From Eimeria praecox (lineage: Eukaryota), in the NCBI GenBank assembly GCA_963920595.1, contig OY986948.1, positions 5,208,001-5,272,000 on the forward strand: a stretch of 64,000 bases of DNA, written 5' to 3'. Numbering within the stretch: the stretch's first letter is position 1; each line of letters opens with the position of its first letter. Under the pieces are notes generated by a model. That model made no database searches and was not told the origin of the DNA. It saw nothing but the letters and a program-made list of their open reading frames with translations. Of the stretch, positions 1 to 12,900 are shown piece by piece. The position numbers and the translations under genes were made by a program.

Positions 1-442
1 ATGAAGCATTATTCGACTGGCCAACAAAATTTGATTTCGCCTCTCAGAAGAGTGTAAATGCTATGAGCAGCTGTAGGTTGGGCTGGGAGGAAAAGCGTAC
101 GGAAAAAGGCATTTGATGCGCCAGCTTTTGTGCTTAACATTTGTGCGCAATAAGTGGTGGCTAGGCCTTTACAGAGTAATACACTGTAAGTGAGCTACTA
201 GCCAATGAAACTGCATCTGCAATGCCGGTTTAATAAGGCGTTCGTCCCCATATTTTGGATGCTAAAACATGATGCCCCCCTGATCGCCACGTAATTTGCT
301 CTGACAATTGTGGCCAAGGCCGCGAGGCCGCTTCGACCACATTTCTCAGAGTCCATCCATCCTCGCAGGCATTCGAAGGTTTGTAAAAGTAGACATTGTT
401 CAACATTTCGAAAAACTGACTGACTCAGTGCCTGCGCCCCCA

Positions 443-3400
443 TTACGTTACTTGATTTTCGATATGCCATTGCAGTCCCCGTAGCGTATGGACCCTCTCT
501 AGAAGCTGCAGCTCTTCGGGAGGAGCACCAGGGCATTGCCGGAATGCTCTGAAAAGCTTATCTCTAGAAGTGCGGGTGTGGCGGGCCCGTATCAAACGAT
601 TTGTGTTCCCATCTCGTTGGCCCGAAGCACTAGCGTCCTTATGTTTGTGGAAGCCTGTGCGGCGCTCATCGAATCCGTCTGAGTAAACCTGCATTTTCGT
701 AAAGAGAATGCAGCAGCGTCCTGCTAAACCAAACCGGACAGCGGAAGGAGCATTTCTTCCTTGAGAACTGTGTATTTTTTGTATGCAGGCAGCATTCATC
801 ACACGAGTTTAAGCCGCAGAGCTATTAGTGATCGGGGCCGTAAGTGGCGATGGCGAACAACCATTAATGGTGGACTTCGCTTGTCCTTCATCGTGTCCCT
901 TGGGGTTTATAGTGGGTGCATTTTCAAGCAGAGAAATCGGCGATCGTCCGCTTAACGAACTATTTGGCGGGCAACGGAATCTGTGGGGATGGTGGAAGTG
1001 GATGGGGCGCCGTGGGTATAAATGCAGTAGTTTGCGCTCGTTATCCAGAGAGCACAAGCGCATTCAACTGTACGGATGTCAGCTTGTGAAACGGGACTTC
1101 TTGTTGAGCGAAAGAGTCCACAACAAGAGACGCTATTTGCTTCGTTATCAAATGGTGCCTCACTACGCACGGGGTGCCGGTACTCTGTAACGGCAGTGGA
1201 GTACGAGGCTTCGAACAGTTTTCCACTGGCGTGGCTCTGATCCAAAACAGATGCCCATGCGCCCAGGACTCCCTCAACAGCCTGGTTTTGGTGTACGTCT
1301 GTCCGATACCGTTGCTGCGATGCCCTCCCAGTCCCAGGTGCTGGATTGATAAGTATGTGTGATGCCGCTGGCTTTCATAGCCTGTAAGCTGGCACTACCA
1401 ATGATATCTCGAGTGCCCAGACGAACTGGATTGTGATTGCTATAGTTGTGTCAGTAACCCGCTTTCTCGTAGGTTGAAGGGTCATGGAAAGTTTTGGGAA
1501 AAGGTACTGCAGACAGAAGCCTTCTTGCAGAGCAGTCCAAAATGAAGGAAGTGCTGAAGTATCCGATGTGTGATAATACCCCTGCCTGAGCCAGTAGCAT
1601 TTCAAACTGCATTTACAGTGCCGATAACCTGGACATTTGGTCCCTCGTCTTCGGTATTTCAAGAAATGAGGTGCAGGGCTACAGGCTGGTGCGATACCCA
1701 CCTTCCAGGACACAATTGTGTTGCTATTGCATCCACTTCACTGGTCTAGCATGTGTGCACGCTGGTTTACTTGATACAGCTGAATGCCAAACAGCAGTTT
1801 GAGCAGTGTGAATAGTGACACACCAGGTCCGGCTACCTATGACAGCCCGCGCGATTGAGAAGTGCTTTGCAACACGGCTGATGGACCCATTTGTTTGTGG
1901 AAATCCCACTGCGTAGCTTGGGAAGCCATAGCTAAGCTTGACTGCGCCTACGCCGCAGATTCACAACTGAAAACTGTCGGAAAAGTAGAGGCGGATATAC
2001 TCGCGCGCTAGGCCCATATTGGGTAGCGCACGATGTGCCTACTGCTCCTGGTGCCTGCTCGAGGCAGTCAGTAAGGCAGCATGCATGAAGTACAAAGCCG
2101 AGAAAAGTTTTCTTTAGCAAGGAGATGCACATGCGGAGCCTGTACTGCAGGTGGGCGTAACCAACTTGCAATATCGTGTAATGCGCTTTTGCGTTTACCT
2201 TTGGAGTAAATGAGCTGTCTGAATGCAAATGTTAGTGGCCCAAGCTAGCAATCTCACATCAAAGCGTTCGTACCGGTTCGACATAGTTGGCAGAGGTGAC
2301 CGGGAGGCAGACCGTCAGCCTCGATGTCATTGATCCTCCCGGAACGTCTTGCACATTTTTGGCTCTCGTTGAACTTCAAGCAGTGTGCAATTCGGATAGG
2401 AGTCCCCATGCACCCAGGTGCCTCCCCTTGCAAATGATATAAATGATATTATGTTTTAGGTTGCTTGATTGCGCTTGTTGAAATAGTTCCAGTCTGCCGG
2501 CAGGGGTATAAACACTACTCGGCGGAGGGGTAGGGGACTCGCGTGCGTGAACGCTGTGGGGTTAAGTAGTTTGCGATCGCCAAACTCTATGGGTGCAGTG
2601 CAGCAAAGGCTTCTCTGGAGTTCCGATTGCGTGCAGGTCATCCTTGCAAGTACACACTTAGAAACGAACACGTTTGAAGGGCCGTTATCGGTGCTCTTGC
2701 GTTTAAGACTGTATGAATGCAGAAGCCTCGGCTACGCTGTTATTTGTGTCAAGCGCTTAGCAGCATCTGCGTGATGGTATTTGCTCTGCGGGGGAAATGA
2801 AGTAGCGAAGTGCAGGCCGAGTCCGAGAAATCACCCAACAAGCATTGTGCAAATCCGCATGGAGCTTGCACGAAAGGACGCTTTTTAGCTCATTGTGCCA
2901 CTTCAGGATAATAAAAAAAGGCGGAACTCCTTGTCGTGGAGGACGTGTTTGATTTGAGGGCATTAGTTTGGCGTTTCTGTGTCTAGAATAGGAGCAGCCT
3001 GTGAATATGTCTCTGATGATGTTTAGAACTATCCATATGGGGACAGGCTATTCACAGCAGATTTCCATCGTAGAGTGAGGGCGTGATAGGGAAGCCTTCA
3101 ACTCATGCGAGTGATGAGTCTTCTTCGTCTTGATCCATTCCGATTCTTGTTGGTACTGCAACAAGGAGCGATCCGCTCAGGGCATGCAGTGCAATCAGCT
3201 GCATCCTTTTGCAGTTGGTATTAACTTTTTGCTTGTTTTTTGTGCCAAGAAAAAATATAATGCCTGGTTGAAATCAGGTCTGCCTACCGATAGGTGAATA
3301 CACAGTAATTGGCAAAGAGGAAATCTTCCTGCGTGAACATCGTGAGCTTGAATAGTTTTGTGTGCGTGCGAATCTTTGGGTGGGCTGTGAACTCCTCTGG

Positions 3401-4010
3401 AGTGACGACCGCTCGCTCGTTTACTCAGGAAGTATGCATATATAAGTAAACTAATGTGCTCGGGGCGTCCATGAGCACTGCTACGTTCCAGTCTGTTTCG
3501 CGCCAGGCATGGGCCGGCATGAGTGTGAGTTCAAAAGTGTGAAGTTACGGTGTGAAAGGAAAAAAGAAGGACGTTTTGCCATACCCCTGATCATCTGTGG
3601 GATATACTCGGCGGTGATATCGCCGAGTTGCAATACACGTTTGTGTGAACCTGCAGGAACGCCCCTGCCACGAGGACGTGTTGCCTGGCCTGAGGAAGGC
3701 AGCTTGAGTTTACGAAGGACCGGCGAAAGTGAGGGTTCCCTACAAGTGGACGATGGGCGGGCGGGCTGTGGTCGGGGAGGCACTTCGGAAGGCTGCTGCT
3801 CGTGGCTGAGCGAGGGATCATGCGTTCATCACCAGAGGGTATCATGGTCAGGTTTCACTAGCAAATGCCTGGCGTCGTTTACGCTTGGTCACTTTCTTCT
3901 GCGCACCTCAAAAGCTTCTTCAGACTTGAAGATAAGGCTAACGTTCCTCTGTTCTGCGTGCACACTGTAGATCTCAGACGCCGATAGCTTTTCGCTGCCT
4001 GTCAGCCCTT
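443..4010 (-). pseudogene. Possible decayed multi-exon gene for a single-pass membrane protein with Cys/Trp-containing extracellular repeats (tentatively sushi/CCP-like); boundaries approximate
   Basis: Manual minus-strand reading gives protein-like fragments broken by stops and frameshifts: NRNGSRRRRLIT..VEGFP..IACP (~3160-3030), GGTWVHGDSYPNC and SRLTVCLPVTSANYVEPVRTL*CE (~2410-2250), LSYGFPSYAVGFPQTNGSISRVAKHFS (~1940-1855), VSWKVGIAPACS (~1713-1678), and a hydrophobic TIAITIQFVWALEISLVVPAYRL*K (~1450-1372). Candidate GT..AG introns lie at 2198-1974 (AAG|GTAAAC ... CTACTTTTCCGACAG) and 1579-1507 (..TTCTGTCTGCAG). The family assignment is pattern recognition only. Confidence 0.3.
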
Positions 4011-7000
4011 CAAAAGAAAGAGCGCCCGTTAATCGTTACCTAGCGGCGACATGAAATTCGTGCGGCGTTTTGCGATCAACTTAGGAGGGATCGTGATTTG
4101 TATTCAGTGTGCATGAAGAGAATTAATTGGCATGCATGTTCCGTATATGGAACGCGAATGCAGTTGAGATTCGCCTGCGTGCATATGTTTCTTGCCAATC
4201 TGCTCTGTTGCAACAGCAGCCATGTTACCCAGGAAGTATGCATGCATTTTATATTAGCAGGTGTGGGGGTGTTTACACTGTTGCAGGGAGCCCTGTGAAC
4301 AGCGACTGCGAGGCATTCCATCAGACGTCACCTGATTCAACCCATTTTTCAGGCTGTATGCTGGCTTTCTAACCGTGCAAACGGGAGTCCATCTGTGCTT
4401 TTAGGGGCATACACGTTTGTGCAACTGAACTCGAGGAGCGAGAGAAACCAGGAACTGGCTCACTCCGGAAGTGTCCATCTCCGGTGGTTTTACATCGGGA
4501 TGGTGGGCGCTTCGATTTCTGTGTGCTGGAAAAGGCTTGCCAGTGCAAGCTGCTACAGGAATTGGCTAGGACAGAGCCTGTGCTAAGCTAAGGGCAGTGG
4601 CAGTGGTGGGAGCATTGACATGGTCAGGACGGTTGTTGCACATGCACCTGCTTGAGTGAGCGTGTATGAAGTAGTTTGAGGCAGGCATGTGGTTTGGTGC
4701 GATGCGTCAAAATGCTTGTTTCCGGAGTGAATGCAGCCGGTGAGTGCATCATTAGCCCTCATCCGTTGTAGACGTCTGTCTCTCTAACGGCTTAACACTA
4801 GCCTGAGGAGAGTGGGAAACGGTATTGTGTTGTCCACTTGAAGGGCGCCTCGCATACGTTTGGAGCTTTTTGCCTGCTCCTGGCCTTTCACTGATCACTT
4901 CCAGGGACACATGCGACGGTTTGTTTTGCACTGCACTGCACGTGCGCTCGTGGGTTCCCTCTGTACGTGCAGAACATCTTGAAGATTCATCAGCACTTCG
5001 TTGGCCGTTGAACTGCATGGGATCTTAGTCAGGTATCCCATGAAGCTGAGGAAGACGCGGGAATGCAAGCGGCACTGCATGAGTGTCCTCTAGTGAAGTA
5101 TTAGTGCAAGCTCCGGAGTATTTAACCTAGCCGCTGGAGGCCTGAGTTTTAACAGGATGGGCCTTCTCCTGGCAGCATTGCTGTCAGGGCTTCACGCAGT
5201 ATGACGTTCCTGACAAGGAGGTAATTCAGGCAGTGCACGCGCATGGCACAGCCGGTGAGCTCAGGCGATCTCATCAGATGTCCTGCAACTAAATAGTATA
5301 CTTCTGCAGTGTTCTAGAAGTGTCGTTGTGTTTTTGAGGCTACGAGCAACTGCTGCATGTTTTCCTCAGAGGAATGCCTAGTAACATTTGTGGTGACGCA
5401 TATCATATGCGTAGCGCTGTAAGCCAGCAGACCTCTACATGTGGCTTCTACATGGGTATTTTGAGGATTTGTGGTCTTCAAAGCGACAAGACTGCTGTTA
5501 AGTTTAAGTGCCGTTGCAGATAGACAGGGCAGCGGCAGTATCAGCAGAGGGCATTTCGCCTACAGTCCTGCAAGCTGCTTTGACGGTTACACTTTGGAAG
5601 GCTTTGCATGAAGCATGCCTCGCAAAACAGCTCATCTGTGGATGACGGAGCTGTAACAGGAATTGTCTTTGGCATGTGCATGCCTCGAAGTGGCCGCAGA
5701 GCGGTGGTTTACATGAGAGTACGCTCTACAAATCGTAATCGGTTCTGACGAATAACAACTAATAAATGCAGAAAGTGGGCCTGCACGTGCATGATACGCT
5801 GTACAACACAGTGTGCGTACGACGCCTTGACACCTAATTACATTCGGAACAATTCGTCGTGAGACACAAGTGTCGGGCTGCAGCGCCACTACCTTACGCG
5901 AACTCTATAGTACGTCACGGGGCACCTTTGCGTTGTATACGACTATATAAGGACCAGGATTAGCCTAGCAGGAGGAGAATGGGATGAAGGAGCTCTAGCG
6001 CTGCTTGAATGCAACTCTCGCTTTCGTTGGGCCAGGCTGCTCCAATACCTTCGCTAGTGGGGGGGTGGCTAGACCGCAAGATACTCTGCCGTGCTTCACT
6101 TGTTCGCCATAGTTTGTGCGTTCAGAAAAAGCCCGAGTGGCTTTACTCACTTTAGAAACACGTGAAGGATGCTTAGGAGCCTCATGCAACACCTCAAATA
6201 TTGGGTACGCCTGGTCAACACAGATACAAAAAGCTGGCGTCTGATGAACAACGTAGCAAGCGACAACGACGGCGTTTGCGTGTCCATTTTTGTATACCAC
6301 AATGCCAGTGATGGCATGAAGGGTCATTCCTTTTTTCGCTTGGTGCGTTCACTTGGGGCCATGAACAGTTGTCCCTAGCAGGAAGAACACAGGTTTCCCG
6401 GAGGATGCTGGAAATGCGAAGATCGCTATTACACAAAATCAGTGGGGCGAAGACAGCCGTTTGCACATACTGGAGCAAAGGGGATGCGCGTGAAAGCAAA
6501 ACCTAAAGGAGGCACACCTTAGAGGTGTTCACGAGGGGACTCTGTGAGTCCTTCGGACTCTTGGGGTGCTGTAACACTAGGGTAATATGACATGGGCAAC
6601 AACTGAGCACACAAAAACGCTTGCTGTACTTAACGAAACACCTTTTTAACCCCGTTTCCTGTTCTTGAGGGCCGACGTTTGAAGGGTATTTGGCGTACTA
6701 GGACTGCCCATGCGCGCTTTTTCTGCTTGGCTATGCTCAACATAGAAGGGAGATATTTGCGTCAAACCCCAGTTCATTGTGTTACTGAGAGCGGCGCACA
6801 TCCCGTACCAGGAGCAGGAGAATGGCGTGTTAATTAACAGCCTCGGCGCTCAGGGTTTGCACAAGGGTCTCTTGCGGCTTCCACTGCGTGCAAGAGAGTC
6901 GTCTTATGCGGGAAACGGCACGAATTCTAAAATACCAGCAGGATTTTAAAAAACGCTTACCGGCAGAACTGAACATGCACAACGCTCGGAATACCTTCGC

Positions 7001-7352
7001 GTTTTGATAAATTGTCCTCGACCTCGTGCAGATTGATACAGTCGAGTGCACTTTTGACAATGAAACATGGCCCCCACCTCCTACGTTGGCAGCTGCCCTG
7101 AACGCCAAATGTTTTATTTCGATCGACGTTTCGGCACAGCCATTGGGAGCGCTGATTTCTCTACACAGGCGCTGGGTTGGAAGCTACTCAACCCCCCAAG
7201 GCACTTGCTCAGTGACCATCCTGCTCACGAGTACCTGCTGAAGGTGAAGCACTGGTACAGCATCGTCTCCATTAAAGTGCAACACATCGCCAGTCGCACC
7301 CGGCTCTCGCTGCGAGTCCGCTAATTTATGTGGGGGCTACAAGGCATGCTGA

Positions 7353-8195
7353 TTCATCGTCTGAAGTGCTCGTTTAAGTGCTCGGATGAGCAACGGTGTT
7401 TTAAACGAGGTTGATGTTTATAGCAGTTGAGAGTTAGCAGCTTTCTATATGATGCAGTTTGCAGGCCGGTGCTGCAATGTTTCGCCGGAGCGGGGGAAGC
7501 GCTTGCTCGACCTTTTGAGATTGGTCCTAGTACCTACGGGCCGCAGAATGTGATATAGCAGACCCTGAGGCATGCAGTATATCGTTCTGGCTGGAGCTCT
7601 TCAGAAACGTGCAGCAGGGGAAAAAGCGGCAGCACCGAGAGAACATTTGGGGGAGCGCGTGAGCGCCTCTCCGCACCAATCGGGCAGGGCCTTGCAAACT
7701 TACCAGCCCTGCGTGTCTTATCTTTGAATGGCAGTCAAGTGCAGGTGCTTCTGTGTAGGTGCTCAGCGCGCGTACAACCGGGACTGCGTGCTTAACAGGA
7801 GTTAAATGTTCTGACGAAATTGTTGATTTCGCAGTGAATGTGGTGCCCAAAGAGAATAGAGCTTACCGCTTGCACAGCATTGCTCGTGCATCAGCAAATT
7901 CGCGGCCTGAGTTTTACGTTTTGACTGCAATCGATTAGCGGGTTTGTTAGGACGTGACGACTGGTGCCTACAATGCACCAACACGAACTCTTCACACCAG
8001 GCTTATCATTCTATTCAACGATGCAACGCAAAAAATAGTGGGGTGTGCGCTGAACGTTTCATGCAGTTGTTGGGCTATCATCCAGTTTTGCATGAGGCTG
8101 TGTTGTCGAAAGCACGCGGCTTCCAAACGCACGCTATTTCATGCTTCCATACAGCCTGTACGCGTGCAGAACAAGCCAAGGGGGGGCATTCTTCC
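7353..8195 (+). repeat. Direct duplication, copy A (~845 bp)
   Basis: TTCATCGTCTGAAGTGCTCG...GGGGGGCATTCTTCC recurs 1630 bp downstream. ORF pairs 7527/9157 and 7802/9432 have identical translations. I saw only one substitution (A7560 vs G9190). Confidence 0.97.
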
Positions 8196-8970
8196 TAAAC
8201 GTCGTTGTGCCTACAGTATGGGGCATATGAGCTATCTGGTTGGGATCGGCACCTACTGGCAAGACCATATTGAGCCTAAACAATCGGAAACGTATGTAGA
8301 TTCAGGAGCAGGGCTTTGCAGGTTAATAAGGAAAAACCGCACAACCAGGGGCGCATGGCGACTCACAGGTGAGGCCTGCAGCATCTTCTCTAACATGTGT
8401 GCAGCCTGTACGCACGTGCATCGAACCGAACATTGACGAGCTGCCTGCGCTGCAGCTGTCCGCACCAAAGATAACAGGTATGCATAACGTCTACGTCGTT
8501 TGTTTAGTCGCCATTGTTGCAGACGCATGGCGTGAGGGACAGCTAAGGTTTCTTGCGGTGCGCTTCTGCACAGCCTGTACGCTTGCAAAAGTAGCAAGGG
8601 GAGGCCTAATTCCTTGGCGTCAACGATTCTGCGTTGATAGACCTATTCACCTATTTTCTTGGGGCTGGCACCTAGAACCCGGACCAGATTGTATATGACC
8701 GTCTTTACATTGCGTTGCAGAGCTTTGCATGCTAATAAAGAAATACTGCACAACGAGGTGCGCATCGCAAGTCACACGTGATTCCTGCTGCATCCTCTCG
8801 CACATATGTGCAGCCTGTACGCACGCGTGTCCAACCTTCGATTGTGGCGCTGCCTGGGGTTCGGCTATTCTCAACAAAGGCAAACGGCTGGCATGGCGTC
8901 TATGCCATTTGCTTAGCTGTCACTTTTGCAGGTGCATGGCGGAAGGAACAGCTAAGGCTTGCTAGGGTAG
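8150..8970 (+). repeat. Old, diverged ~410-420-bp tandem repeat (about 2 units) in the spacer between the duplicated blocks
   Basis: 8291-8560 aligns by eye with 8700-8969 at offset ~409 (GCAGGGCTTTGCAGGTTAATAAGGAAA vs GCAGAGCTTTGCATGCTAATAAAGAAA; TGTGCAGCCTGTACGCACG in both; GCATGGCG..GACAGCTAAGG vs GCATGGCG..AACAGCTAAGG). CAGCCTGTACGC occurs at 8152, 8402, 8571 and 8811. Confidence 0.85.
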
Positions 8971-8982
8971 CAGGCATTCCAT

Positions 8983-9825
8983 TTCATCGTCTGAAGTGCT
9001 CGTTTAAGTGCTCGGATGAGCAACGGTGTTTTAAACGAGGTTGATGTTTATAGCAGTTGAGAGTTAGCAGCTTTCTATATGATGCAGTTTGCAGGCCGGT
9101 GCTGCAATGTTTCGCCGGAGCGGGGGAAGCGCTTGCTCGACCTTTTGAGATTGGTCCTAGTACCTACGGGCCGCAGAATGTGATATAGCGGACCCTGAGG
9201 CATGCAGTATATCGTTCTGGCTGGAGCTCTTCAGAAACGTGCAGCAGGGGAAAAAGCGGCAGCACCGAGAGAACATTTGGGGGAGCGCGTGAGCGCCTCT
9301 CCGCACCAATCGGGCAGGGCCTTGCAAACTTACCAGCCCTGCGTGTCTTATCTTTGAATGGCAGTCAAGTGCAGGTGCTTCTGTGTAGGTGCTCAGCGCG
9401 CGTACAACCGGGACTGCGTGCTTAACAGGAGTTAAATGTTCTGACGAAATTGTTGATTTCGCAGTGAATGTGGTGCCCAAAGAGAATAGAGCTTACCGCT
9501 TGCACAGCATTGCTCGTGCATCAGCAAATTCGCGGCCTGAGTTTTACGTTTTGACTGCAATCGATTAGCGGGTTTGTTAGGACGTGACGACTGGTGCCTA
9601 CAATGCACCAACACGAACTCTTCACACCAGGCTTATCATTCTATTCAACGATGCAACGCAAAAAATAGTGGGGTGTGCGCTGAACGTTTCATGCAGTTGT
9701 TGGGCTATCATCCAGTTTTGCATGAGGCTGTGTTGTCGAAAGCACGCGGCTTCCAAACGCACGCTATTTCATGCTTCCATACAGCCTGTACGCGTGCAGA
9801 ACAAGCCAAGGGGGGGCATTCTTCC
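8983..9825 (+). repeat. Direct duplication, copy B (~845 bp)
   Basis: Near-identical to 7353-8195 at offset +1630. Confidence 0.97.
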
Positions 9826-9968
9826 CAAACGTCCTTGTTTCTACTGTGCGGTGCACACGAATCTATACGCTTTAGCTCTGGACCAACCCCCAAGGCCGGC
9901 ACTTGCTAAGGTATAGGACAGCGTTTTAGCGCTTCTGCATAACAGAATACGAGCTTTCGGTCAGTGCC

Positions 9969-12900
9969 TCCGCTTATAATGCCTACGATTACCAGCCGTG
10001 TAAAGCCATGCAAGATGCTCCTCTATCAGCAATTATGCAGGCACTAGTAGGGAATACATCATGCTTTGCCACGAATAGAGGACGCAAATGCTGTTGCGTG
10101 CAGAAAAAGCCTTAGTGAGACTTAGGGCGAGATGCCAGTGGGCTTCGCAGCGCCTTGGCTCGGCAAAATGCACCCATGCAAGCCGTAACGTCGACGAGGT
10201 CCTGGGATGGTTGTGCCAAAGCATTTAACACCCACACCAAGCATACGCACAACGTAAAGGCTGTTCGGCGTGCTCAGAGGTTCACCAATTATTGTAGGAA
10301 GGCTTATCAACTTGTGTCCTGGGAGTTCCCGACAAAGAGGTTGAATCATGTTTGGCCAATACATTAGATGCCCATTGGATCATTCAACTTCAAACAGGTT
10401 TATGCAGCTGTCTAGTGGTTTCTGTTTAGAGCTATGGCGCGTGGATCACGCGACAAAGGAGGTTCAGGCGATGGAGAGCGCTGCTGTAGTTACTTTGAAA
10501 GACGGCGTTTCCACAGCGAGTCTTGGCTGTTGGTCGCCGCAGGAGATAGGGTGACTGAGCAGGCAGGCGTTATGCTTGCAAAGAGTGATGCGTACAGAAA
10601 GTATGTTTGCATCTACTGGGTGTCGACACTTCCTTTATGTTTTATTTATTCATGGAGAGGGAGTATTTGCAGTTAGTTGGCTTGCGCATGGATTTGAGAG
10701 CCGCAAGGTGATGGAGAATGGGGTGGGATATACTACTCAGAAAACCCACTAAAGGATGCTGCTAGAGGAAGGCAACAACTCACGGGAAATTAGTAGGTTA
10801 AATGTGGGATTTAGCAATTGTTGCAAATTGAATATTCGGCACTGTGGCAGCTAGCATGCAGAAGTGCTTTGGACTGAGGGACCTATGTGCCTGCCGGCAT
10901 GAGGAGTAGCTTGGTTGGGTAAAGGCAGTCCAGGTTTATATTTTATGAGCACGCAGTTTTTGGTCTCTTTCTGGGTTTCAACGGTGGGTACATATTGCTT
11001 CAGTTCCATTCTATCACCTCCACGAAGCACGAGCAACTGTAAAGCGCCTTGTGTCATCATTGCAGTGCTGGAGCTTCCACGAATCGCCGACGCGCCTTTT
11101 CCGCTTATAATGCCTACGATTACCAGCCGTGTAAAGCCATGCAAGATGCTCCTCTATCAGCAATTATGCAGGCACTAGTAGGGAATACATCATGCTTTGC
11201 CACGAATAGAGGACGCAAATGCTGTTGCGTGCAGAAAAAGCCTTAGTGAGACTTAGGGCGAGATGCCAGTGGGCTTCGCAGCGCCTTGGCTCGGCAAAAT
11301 GCACCCATGCAAGCCGTAACGTCGACGAGGTCCTGGGATGGTTGTGCCAAAGCATTTAACACCCACACCAAGCATACGCACAACGTAAAGGCTGTTCGGC
11401 GTGCTCAGTGGTTCGCCAATTATTGTAGGAAGGCTTATCAACTTGTGTCCTGGGAGTTCCCGACAAAGAGGTTGAATCATGTTTGGCCAATACATTAGAT
11501 GCCCATTGGATCATTCAACTTCAAACAGGTTTATGCAGCTGTCTAGTGGTTTCTGTTTAGAGCTATGGCGCGTGGATCACGCGACAAAGGAGGTTCAGGC
11601 GATGGAGAGCGCTGCTGTAGTTACTTTGAAAGACGGCGTTTCCACAGCGAGTCTTCACTGTTGGTCGCCGCAGGAGATAGGGTGACTGAGCAGGCAGGCG
11701 TTATGCTTGCAAAGAGTGATGCGTACAGAGAGTATGTTTGCATCTACTGGGTGTCGACACTTCCTTTATGTTTTATTTATTCATGGAGAGGGAGTATTTG
11801 CAGTTAGTTGGCTTGCGCATGGATTTGAGAGCCGCAAGGTGATGGAGAATGGGGTGGGATATACTACTCAGAAAACCCACTAAAGGATGCTGCTAGAGGA
11901 AGGCAACAACTCACGGGAAATTAGTAGGTTAAATGTGGGATTTAGCAATTGTTGCAAATTGAATATTCGGCACTGTGGCAGCTAGCATGCAGAAGTGCTT
12001 TGGACTGAGGGACCTATGTGCCTGCCGGCATGAGGAGTAGCTTGGTTGGGTAAAGGCAGTCCAGGTTTATATTTTATGAGCACGCAGTTTTTGGTCTCTT
12101 TCTGGGTTTCAACGGTGGGTACATATTGCTTCAGTTCCATTCTATCACCTCCACGAAGCACGAGCAACTGTAAAGCGCCTTGTGTCATCATTGCAGTGCT
12201 GGAGCTTCCACGAATCGCCGACGCGCCTTTTCCGCTTATAATGCCTACGATTACCAGCCGTGTAAAGCCATGCAAGATGCTCCTCTATCAGCAATTATGC
12301 AGGCACTAGTAGGGAATACATCATGCTTTGCCACGAATAGAGGACGCAAATGCTGTTGCGTGCAGAAAAAGCCTTAGTGAGACTTAGGGCGAGATGCCAG
12401 TGGGCTTCGCAGCGCCTTGGCTCGGCAAAATGCACCCATGCAAGCCGTAACGTCGACGAGGTCCTGGGATGGTTGTGCCAAAGCATTTAACACCCACACC
12501 AAGCATACGCACAACGTAAAGGCTGTTCGGCGTGCTCAGTGGTTCGCCAATTATTGTAGGAAGGCTTATCAACTTGTGTCCTGGGAGTTCCCGACAAAGA
12601 GGTTGAATCATGTTTGGCCAATACATTAGATGCCCATTGGATCATTCAACTTCAAACAGGTTTATGCAGCTGTCTAGTGGTTTCTGTTTAGAGCTATGGC
12701 GCGTGGATCACGCGACAAGGGAGGTTCAGGCGATGGAGAGCGCTGCTGTAGTTACTTTGAAAGACGGCGTTTCCACAGCGAGTCTTCACTGTTGGTCGCC
12801 GCAGGAGATAGGGTGACTGAGCAGGCAGGCGTTATGCTTGCAAAGAGTGATGCGTACAGAGAGTATGTTTGCATCTACTGGGTGTCGACACTTCCTTTAT

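Noticed and set aside
2432..2449. AAATGATAT x2 as a transposon footprint or target-site duplication
   Set aside because: An isolated 9-bp tandem duplication with no associated element; simple slippage explains it.
4076..7324. Short ORFs and scattered TGCATGCA-type motifs as genes or promoters
   Set aside because: ORFs are 110 aa or shorter with no recognisable domains or consistent strand. The motif hints at a coccidian genome but cannot be assigned a regulatory role here.
7353..9825. LTR retrotransposon or TRIM (two ~845-bp LTRs around ~790 bp)
   Set aside because: No TG...CA termini, target-site duplication, primer-binding site or polypurine tract seen. The ends fade into diverged homology and the interior is itself an old tandem repeat.
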